64,000 bases of DNA, taken from NCBI RefSeq assembly GCF_037042905.1, contig NC_087250.1:4156001-4220000 (forward strand), written 5' to 3'. The translations under genes were made by a program, and so were the position numbers. This DNA is from Lytechinus pictus (lineage: Eukaryota). This document shows positions 40,601-51,900 of the stretch, piece by piece. The notes beneath the pieces are model-generated. The model saw nothing but the letters and a program-made list of their open reading frames with translations, did not search any database and was not told where the DNA came from. Numbering within the stretch: position 1 is the first letter of the stretch; each line of letters starts with the position of its first letter.

Positions 40601-42746
40601 CGAGGGGAAGGGGTGATGATCGCCACTGCACCTTTGTGACGTCATTGAGATAGAAGGGGGGGGGGGGGGGGGTTATAGAGAAGGGATGAGAGAAGCGAGA
40701 GGGAAAGGGTTAAGGGGTCTGACTCTGAGTTGATGATGCACGTACTTCTTAATCGAAAAATAAATACTTGGCCATGGTCGTTAGATTTGACAGCCCCTTA
40801 TTGATGACTAAATGCGTCTAGAGGACCAGACTTTGATTGGCATTAAACACATTCAAAATTAGATTTCTTACGTGTCTCGCAGTTGCAGGTTTCCTGCTGA
40901 GGATACACGCCTACATCTTATGATTTAACCAAAATATGACTGTATTGAATTAGAAAATTGAATCTGAAACGTCATGTTGGGGCACTATTAGTCTACAGGC
41001 ACAGACCCTTGTTTTTCGCGATTCGCATAGTGCAGAGTCTGAAGTAGTGAGACGAGATTCACTATAAACTTTGGCTTGCTCTACACAGGCAAAGCATTTG
41101 GCGTCTAGTCTATACTCCAGACGTGTTATAATTGGTATAAGGTCGAATTATGAGACTATGCGTGTAGACTAGCCCTCAATGATGGCTCCGTTTAAAGGTC
41201 AAGTTCACCCCAGAAAAAGCTGATTTAAATAAATAGAGACAAATCAAACGTGAATAACGCTGAAAACTTCATCAAAATCGGATGTTAAATAAGAAAGTTA
41301 TGCAATTTTTAAGTTTTGCTTATTTTTCACAAAACAGTTCTATGCTTAATTCAGTGATATGTAAATGAGAGAGTTGATTATGTCATTTATACCTTGGTCA
41401 CATTTGCTCTACGGCGGCCGTACGGCGAGTCGAAAACAGCCGTTTTATTAATTTTGATTCAAACCACCTGAATGTAGTTGGACAAAAAATGTTAAAACGG
41501 CTGTTTTCGACTCGCCGTACGGCCGCCGTAGAACAAATGTGACCGTGGTATCACTCACCTTTTCTTTTGTTTTTTATTGTTTGAATTATACAATATTTCA
41601 ATATTTACGAATTCGACAATTAGGACCCCGTTGCTTGAACCACAAAATGTTTGAATAATGGAATTCCATTCCACGTGTTTAGGGAGGAATGAAACTTTGT
41701 TTCACATGACAATGGCGGGAAAATCAAAATATTTCATATTTCATATAATAAATTACAAAAGAAATAGTGAGTGGGTGATTTCATCGGTCCCCTCATTTGC
41801 ATACCGAGCAGGATGTGCATAATAACTGTTTTGAGAAATTAAGAGAAACTTTAAATGTTATAACTTTCTTACATCCGATTTTGATGAAATTTTCAGTGTT
41901 ATACTTGTTTGATTTTTTCTTTCTATTCAAATCAGCTAATCTTATTTGAACTATTTTCTCTATATTTTACCTCCCAAATCAGACAGCAGAACTTGGCTAC
42001 CCGCCCCCCCCCCCACTGCCCGATGAACGTGTCTTTGCCCCCTTTAGTCAAACACTGCAAAATACACCATTAGGTGTTAGGTGAGGACTGCGGCAAGCCT
42101 TTAACACAAGTGTTAAATTCATTATGCTACTCCAACACGGCAAAAGCTGTGGTCTTAAATTTACAGTGTGGTGTTAGGACCGTTCAAACCCATGTGTGTT
42201 ATTTCAGCACCTTTGTTTGTTTCTCTAACATTCTTTGGTGTTATGTTCAAACTCTAGAGTGTAACACCCCAGGGTGTTGAAATCCGCTGAAACTAACTGG
42301 AGTTGGTTTAAACTCCGTAGCTTTTACAGCGTGTTATCATAACACATTCATTTTTTATGACATGTATGATGCAAACTCCCTGATGATGTTTAACAAGGGA
42401 TGATGCGGTGCTTTCAAAACGCCACCGACGTTGTTTTAATTGTTATTATTATTATATATATATTTTTTACAGGAAATTAATATTTGATTGTTTCTCGATG
42501 TATATACCAGGTATTCGACGCCATCCCTGAGACTTTTCTGCCAAGCTTCAAGAATCCTTGCTTCTTCTACCGGGGAGTTGTCCCGTCAGGTCTTCGGTGT
42601 CTGCCCTACTTCTACCTCATCGGGATGCAGAAATGTGGTTCGACTGATCTGTGGGAGAAGATCAATGCCCATCGAGAGATCCAGCATAATGACAAAGAAC
42701 CTCATTGGTGGGCTAGATACAGAGTCAGTAAGTGACACCATAGTAA

Positions 42747-42812
<66 letters not shown>

Positions 42813-42817
42813 CACTA

Positions 42818-42853
<36 letters not shown>

Positions 42854-42860
42854 ATAATAA

Positions 42861-42907
<47 letters not shown>

Positions 42908-45900
42908 ATACTACTACTACTACTACTACTACCACTACCACTACTTCTACTAATGATAATAATAATGATGATGATGATAATAATAATAGCAATAATAATA
43001 ATAATGATAATGATAATATTAATAGTAATAATACTACTAATAATAATAATGATAATAATAATGATAATAATGATTATAATGATATTAATACAGAGTCAGT
43101 AAGTTTGTTTTTTTGCAGGAGTTTCTCCATTTATTGTAAAGTCAAAATGGAGAAACTCCTGCAAAGTAGTAATTGTCCCTTTTTGGGGTTGCGCTCAGGT
43201 TGCACTCTTTTCAGCTCTCCATATTTTGTTTTGATAACCGGAGAATTTCAGACTTGATTTCTTAATGGTTTACATCAGTTTGAAGAGGAAGTCTCAGTGA
43301 AACTGGTGGACATGTTTTGATTTATTTCATTCGCCCTTTTTATGACAATTTAGGAAGAAATTTATCTTCATTTCAGGATTCTGATCACTGGAATTGGATT
43401 CAATTTTCTACAGCTACCTACATGGCTATTGTGTATTTCCTCTTGAGTGCATATCAATGGAACCCATGGCTAATCACTGGCGAGCTGTAATCCTTGTCAT
43501 CATTTTGACCATGGCTTTGCACTCCTATTCAAGAGAGGAACTCTTGGACATTAAGAGACAATGCCCTAAAACTTCCCTGCCAAGGGATGTGTATCAGACA
43601 ATAGTGGATTATGGTATCAGTACTATCAAGCCAACAAAGAGAGGATATCGTTCTTTTATAAAGAGCCAGCAATATATTCCTGTCATACAGGATACTATAC
43701 GCCAAGCTAAGAAAAATGTCCGATCTTGTGATACCAATAACTTGATTCACATTCAGCCTGTCTCTGAGCTTGCTAAACTTTGCACCATCAATTTACAGTC
43801 AATTCGGAATAAAACTATTCAATTTGTTGACTTTGTAACTGAGCAAGGTTTTGATATCATTGCCATGACGGAGACATGGCTGAGACCAGATGACGACCTT
43901 GTGGCCAAGGAAGCCACCCCAAGAGGCTACTCATTAGTCCATATCCCTCGAGATAACAGACCTGGAGGAGGTGTCGGCTTGTTGTGTAGGTCTGATCTAT
44001 GTTTGAAGACAGAATTACCCCAGAGGTATAACTCCTTCGAAGCCCTACATGCACAAGTATCAGATGATCATGGTACATTTCGTTTAGTCATCATATACCG
44101 CCCTGAAAGGAACAGTGAAAATGGTCAACATGTGCCTTTTGCATCGTTTCTTGAGGACTTCGGCAAACTGATGGACCATTATCTTCTCCATCCTTCCAAA
44201 CTTGTGATCACAGGTGATTTTAACATATGGATGGATGACACAACTGCAGGGAATACAATTCTTTTTAAGAAGTTGTTGTCTTCATATGGTATGACCCAGC
44301 ATGTATCCACCCAAACTCATTGTCTTGGTCATACACTGGATCTGCTGATAACTCGTGATGGTGACGATATTGTCTCTGACATATCAGTTCATCCAGGACT
44401 GTCTGATCATTTTGCCATCACCTGCAAATTGTCATTGAAAAAGCCTATACATCCAAAGAGGACAATTACCATGCGCAGTTTCAAGGCAATGGACCATGAG
44501 GTATTTCATCAACGCGTCTTTGAGGCTCTGTCGAAGATTGACGTAGAGAACCTTGGCATTTCTGCATCCGTAGAAACATACGAACGATCTCTGTGTGATA
44601 TCCTTGAGGACCTTGCACCTTTGAAGACAAGACGCCTGAAACAAAGAGAGAAATGTCCATGGTATAATGAAGAGATTCGGACTGCTAAGAAGGTGAGACG
44701 GAGGTTGGAAAGAAAGTGGAGAAAATGTAAATCCAAAGGAGAAGGCCAACTACATCATAAGAGATACCAAGAGCAATGCCGGATTGTTGTGAAGCTCATG
44801 AAGGAAGCGAAGACACAGTTCTACTCATCTGTTATTGAGAGCTGTTCATCAGATCAGAAAGCTTTGTTCACCATCATCGATGACCTACTCCAGAAGAAAG
44901 GCGATCCTGTGTTACCACAACTACCACCTGATGGGTCGTTAGCAAACAGATTCTCGGAGCATTTCTTGAACAAGATCAACACAATTCGTGATTCTTTTGT
45001 GCAGCATCACGATATCAGTGAGGCTTCGTCACATCGAGATCCGTATATGTGTAGTTTTGATTTGGTATCAGAAGCTGAAATTGAGAGAATCATCAAACAG
45101 TCACCCTCGAGCTCTTGTCACCAAGACCCCATTCCAACATGGCTAATCAAGGATCATCTCTCTGCATTTGTGCCATTTATTACAAAGTTGGTTAATGGGT
45201 CTTTTACCAAAGCTGTCTTTCCAGAGAACTTGAAACATGCTACGATTAGACCTCTACTTAAGAAGTCAAACTTGGATAAGGAGAGACTGGAAAACTACAG
45301 ACCAGTAGCTAACTTGAAATTCCTTGGAAAAGTAATTGAAAGAGCGGCTACTGCTCGTATCCTCAGATGTGTAGTTGACCAATCTCTGCAGGATCCTTTC
45401 CAGTCGGCCTACAGGAAAAACCATTCAGTAGAGACAGCTGTCTTGCGAGTGACTAATGACATCCTCCGAGCCATGGATAGAGGCATGTTGACTGGCCTCG
45501 TTCAACTGGATTTGAGTTCAGCGTTTGATACGGTCGATCATTGTATTCTACTTCGCAGACTACAGGAAATTGGTATCAGTGGGTCAGCTCTGAGCTGGTG
45601 TCAGTCATACCTTGATGGTCGTACTCAATCAGTTCGCATTGGTGAGGATGACATCTCTGATCCAGTTTCTCTTGATTGCTCCGTACCTCAAGGCTCAGTG
45701 CTCGGACCACAAATGTTTTCCATGTACATTCTACCAATCTATGACATTATCAATCGGCATGATTTGATGTATCACATATACGCTGACGACATTCAGCTGT
45801 ATTTACCATGCTTACCTAATCAAACTGATGTGGACAACGTACTTGCTAGATTTGAGTCATGTGTAGCAGAGATCTCCAAATGGATGGGGCAGAACTACTT

Positions 45901-48900
45901 GAAAATCAACCAGGCGAAGTCTGAATTCATTTTCTTTGGCTCTTCCCAACAGATCAAAAAGGTCATCATTCCTAACCTAAAAATTGGTGATGTACATGTT
46001 GAGCCTGTTTCTAAAGTTCGCTCGCTAGGTTTGACACTTGATAGTACTATGTCTATGGAACCACAAATCTCTCTAGCTGCATCAGATCATCATTTTATCA
46101 CATTAGGCAGATTCGTCGGATCCGGGATTACCTGAATCCCCATGCAACGAAGCAGGCAGTTCATGCTCTTGTCACATCACGTTTGGATATGTACAACAGT
46201 ACTTTGGTTGGACTGCCTGATACTCAAATAAAACGACTACAGAAGGTCCAGAATTCTGCCGCACGACTTGTAAAGCGTTCAAAGTTGTCGGATCATATCA
46301 CCCCAGTTCTCAAGGAATTACATTGGCTGCCTGTTAGGCAAAGACTTGCATATAAAGTTCTTTCCTTGGTCTTTAAACTGAAAACCAACCAGACACCAGT
46401 GTACCTATCAGATCTTCTGGAGTTGAAGAGATCGTGTAGACCCGGTCTTCGTTCAGGGAATGTTCACCAGCTCCAACAAGTTAGAGTGAAAAGGTCCTGG
46501 GGTGACAGATCTTTTTCCGTTGCTGGTCCCCGTTTGTGGAATTCAATCCCATCGGACATTAAGTCGTGCCAGTCAAGAGAGCTATTCCACAGCAAATTGA
46601 AGACTTACCTCATGAGGGAAGCATTTCCTTAACTGTTGTGTGATAAGGCCATTTTTTATTTTTTGACTACCAACTTAACTGATTGTGTATTTTTTCTTCT
46701 CAGTTTGTTCATTTTTATGTATTTATTGATTTCTGTTTTATATAAGTAGTTAATTGTGCGCCTTGAGTGTCATCGACAGATATGTGCGCTATACAAATCT
46801 TTAATTATTATTATTATTATTATAAAATAAATTTACAATACATAAACATAATCTAGTATGACATTAAATTACATTGCAATGTGACAAATTTATATCAGTG
46901 TCATAACAAAATTTAGACATGAATACAATGTAAGGATAAGACAAAGTAGTGAAAAACAAATGCAGTGGCAAACTATATAAGCAACATAAATGCTTGAGTA
47001 ATAGCAGCCAAATTGACACCATAGTAATGATGATAATAATAATGATAATAATAATGACAATAATCGTAATAATGATAATAACAACAACAATAGTTAGGAT
47101 GATAATAGTAATAATAATAATAATGATAACTGTTTTTCTTACAATTATTATAATAATAAAATGAATGAGGAAAGAGAGAGAGGGAGAGAAGGAGTTCTGA
47201 ATTCCATCTTTCCTATTTCAACGAACGTATGGCCCACATTATCTTCTGAATCAAAAGATAAAACAAAGGGACGTTGGTGGTAAAAGGACAAGTGAAAAAT
47301 AATTAGTACACGAATTTGTTTACAATAAATTGTTTGCAGGCCGATATCTCATTCCGGGATCCTATCAATTCACTATATCAAGTTCTCCCACACGAATGCA
47401 CTTTGTTAAATCGTTATATAGATCTCATGTATTTGTAATCCGTATAAACATGATAAACGCAAGACCTATTATATTGTACATGTTTCCTGCCGCTTCTGGA
47501 AATTGAGTTTCAAGCTCTCTGCACTCAGTAGGAAGAGATTCCTTAGTGGTCAAGTCCACGTAGCGGAGCTTCATGTAAATATTACATTGGGAAAACAGGG
47601 CCCCGTCTTACAAAGTTACGATTAATCCAATCGATCGTAACTCTATGGAAATCCATCAGTGTCATAATTTCTTCTACAGGACATTTGTAAAATGTCCTTT
47701 GTAAACAAAAGAGAACACACCAAATTGTCAAGAAATCAATGAATTTAGGGATATACATTCATATCTAGAATTTTATTGAACAAACAAGCATTTTACATAT
47801 TGACGTTGCTGGCCGTCCATAGTTACGATTGATTTGATCAATCGTAACTCTTTGTAAGACCATTGCATTTGGTTCTCTCGATATAACAATTTATGATCAC
47901 GCCTATCTCACAATGTATTGAGTATATTTCTTCTTTCTCCGCGCTTAGGCATGTTAGGGGAACTCCCGCAAAGAAGATCTATGAAAATGATAACCACGCC
48001 CTCTATCACGGTTTGATTCTTTGTGCATTTATGGCCACGTCCATCTCACAATCCATTGAGCATGTTGGGTTGACCTTTTCCTTCTCTGTGCATAGGGGAG
48101 CCCCTGTATATAGGTTTTAGCTGTGCGACATACGGAGGGCTCAAGAACAGATAAGATGCTTTGATAAAAGTTTCCATGACAAAGAACAACCAAGAAGTCT
48201 TTGTCGAAAATGTGTGAATCAAAAACAGCAGTTTAAATCTGGACAAACGACATGTTTGCAATTTTTTGTCAGCTCCGAAACTTTGGACGAAACTGCTGTT
48301 CCGATTCAACAACTTTCGACAAAGACCTCCAAGCTCTTCTTTGTCATATAGCGGATATTTTGAATACATATACTGTGTTATTGATCCCTCCCTACGTCAC
48401 CATGCGAAAACCTCTTAGTATCATCACAATCATGCCCCTATCACTTTATTTTGCTTGGTGACCGCGCTAATTTCACGAATCATTAATTCTATTTCTTTTC
48501 CGCGCCTAGGGGAACTCCCTCCAGACTACAGTTTCAACGTAACCACGCCCCTCTCGTTGTCATGGTATCTTAACGTCATGTCGTATCGGATCGTGCCCAA
48601 GTTGTTAAACAATCCTATCATGGCTAACTGGCTGGTAGTCGGTGAGTGAGTTTTCCCCCTTTTTTGGGTGGGGGTTGTTTTTATTTTCGTTTTATATATT
48701 TTTTTGTTTTATTCATCGATTTTTGTTCATTGATTTATGATTATTATTTACTATTTTTGTACTTTTTTGTGTGGATAATAATGATAATAATAGCCGGATT
48801 TATAAAGCGCTTTTGCCTGAGGATACAAAGCATTGCTATTATTACCCCGGTTTTAGCTCGATTAAGTATTTTTACACAATTATTTGTAATTTGTACAATT

Positions 48901-51900
48901 AATCACGTGTACACTCCATTCTAATCCAAAAACCAGTGCCCTGTTATATATAACATATGATAATAAGAATAATAATAATCCGCTCTTATATAGCGCTTTA
49001 TATTATTATGATATATGATCGAAATTCATTTTTGCAGACGATCTGTAATGGACTTAGTTTATTGTGTACAGTGTGCCAATTATAGACAGTCAATTAAACA
49101 ATGTAGAAATGAGGAGGTGAGCTCTGCTAGACCCCCAACATTCATAACTTAGCTATTATAAAATATGTTTGGGCTCTAGCGTAGTTCATCTTCTCATTAT
49201 TAGTTGTTATAAGGAGTGCTGCACAACTAATTCCATTGGACACCATCTTTAATGACAGAAGAAGACAAATTCTCTGTATACCAAGTGGTACCGTAGAGGG
49301 CCACACGTAGGTTTATTTCAATTGGTCTAATGCCAATTTGCCCAATTACCAATTCGTCTGTTATCACTTGGTATATCATCAGTTCGTCCGCTATCCACGT
49401 GGTCTAATTGCCATTTCATCCACTCGCCATATCGCCTACTAACATGACTAACCAGTTGGTTCAATAACCATTTAGTCCATGTACCATTTGGTCTCCTTGG
49501 ACTAAGTGTAAATAGGACGAAATTAATGAAAATAAAATGGATATTAGACCAATTGGTGATGAGACGAAATGGTTACAGACGAAGTGGTGATTAGACCATG
49601 AGACGAAGTGATGAATGGACCAAGTGGTTGTATGTTAATGGGCGGAATGGCATTAGACTAAATGAAGGTAGACCATTGTGATCAGTGGTCGAGTTGGCAA
49701 TTTACACACCTCATTATTATAATAGGTGACGGATCAACATCTACTCTGTGGGATAACGCATGGCAACAATCGTCCAATCGGATAGACGGACCAGAATACG
49801 TCATCGCTGACGTCATCAAGGAGGTTCAACCAAATGCGAAGTTCATAGTCGTTCTTCGTAACCCAACTGATAGGTATTTTCACTTGTGATAATGATTAAT
49901 GATGATAATGCAAGAAGTAATGATAAAAGTGCTAGTAATACCACTCCACACTCGAATTTTGTTTTTACATTATTTTCATTTGTTTTTACGTTGTATTGTC
50001 GTCCTTTTTACCATGTAATTTTTCCATAACTTGCACGTATGTTATTTTAATCGAGTGAAAATAAATGATTTTTATTCAATCTAATTCAATCTTTCTCATT
50101 TTCAGGGTTTATTCTGACTACCTTTTCTTTGGGAACGAGGATGACCAGTTTATTTCAAAGCGTCACTTTCACGAGATAGTTGACGAGGGCATAAGAAGAT
50201 ACCAACGCTGTACACAAAACATGAGTAGCCGTGCCTGTACCTATGCCCACGGGACGCAGAGTTCTGTAAGTGTATGACTGCGACTAAAGTTGGTACACTC
50301 TGAAAGTTTCTTTGCGCGCTGATGTTGCAATCTTGCACATTCGTACAATGAAATTCAACAATCGTGATAATTAGTTTTCTCCCCTACTTTCAAATTAGAT
50401 AAGCTAATAAAAGGCATTATAGCTCTTGGATAACATCTAAATAATAATAATCAGTATCAATGGTGCAATATGGAATCTTGAATTAAAGAAAATAACATGG
50501 AAACAATTATTATTATTCCCCCAAAATCAATTCAGCATGCAAAGAGTTAGATTGTAAACAAAAAAATAACTGGATGTGTTTCACCGAGAGTTACGTCTAA
50601 CTCAGATGAAACGCGCATGATATCAAATTGCACGCAATATAACGGTTCCATTGCCGTAAGGTGACCAGTTCAGTGAGGTGGGAGTTAGAGTGAGATATTT
50701 GGTCACATTTACTATTTGTGCAAACCCCTGGAAATAACTGAAGTTGGAGAAAAATACCTTATTACAGTTAGAATATGTCTTTCATATAAAATAAACTGAT
50801 AACTTCTATTGGATTTCGATTGTCTTCTCACATTTCAAAGCAATCCATTAGTCTGTAGATGGTCATAGAGAAGCGAACATGTCATGCATATTTATGCCAT
50901 AATTAAATGTTTTATAAACAACGTTTTTGTTTCTCACTTTTCTGTACAGCGTCTTCTCTTGGGCAACTACGCTGTCTTCCTTCGTGATTGGCTAAGAATA
51001 TTCCCACGTGACCAAATACTGGTCTTGCGATTGGAGGACTGGCAGAGCCGGTGTACCAGCAAACTGAGAGAGATATATCGCTTTTTAGAATTATGTAAGT
51101 GATACACAGTGTTTCAAGTTGGTGCCTGGTCACGAACAAACAATATGTTGTTGTTGTTGATAGGTTTTTAACGGCGCTCTCATTCAAAAAAGAATATATG
51201 CGTCGATCAAAATGATTTCATCATATCAAAAAAGGTTTTATTCTATTATTTTCAGCAGATAAGCCCTTATATCTTAAAATTTGAGAAGCATAAGGCCCTT
51301 GGTTAAATAGAAGCGATTTTCAAGTACACTGAAATACAAGCAAAAAATATACCCTGGGGTAAATCTCGAAAAAAATATTAACATAATATCGCATTGGTAA
51401 ACGCCAGAAGAAAGCGGAAAGTGCAGTGCAATGCACGATATTATATACTATATGATAATAACAATAATGATGATGTCTATAAATTATCAATAGTATAGTT
51501 TTGCATCATTCGCCGGTCATTTCTAGCTTCATCCTGGTGGGGCCTGGTGCCCTCCTGCTTGGTGCTCCGTTCACCAACAGTTTTAACCCTAAATAGACTG
51601 GGCTATTTTGATGCCTAAGAAGACTGGGGGGGGGGGGGGGCTGATTCAGCCCCCCCCCCTATGATCTCGGCCGTCGACCGCGCGATCGCGACGAAAATTG
51701 GCACATGCATTACCCATGGCATAATCTCCAAGACTGTAGGATCAAATTTTCCGAAAAATCTCATAATTCATTAATTATGCTAATTTATGCGTAAAATCAA
51801 AGATTTGCTCTAATTCACTAAATAAGGCCTCTAAACTGCTAATTTTTTATTCACAGACTATTTGAAGGATTCTGATCAAATGTACTTTAAAAAAGATTCA

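Noticed and set aside
42488..43102. 204-aa poly-Leu/Ile ORF and the antisense poly-Val ORF
   Set aside because: (CTA)n/(ATA)n microsatellite; the true exon is in another frame and ends at 42727.
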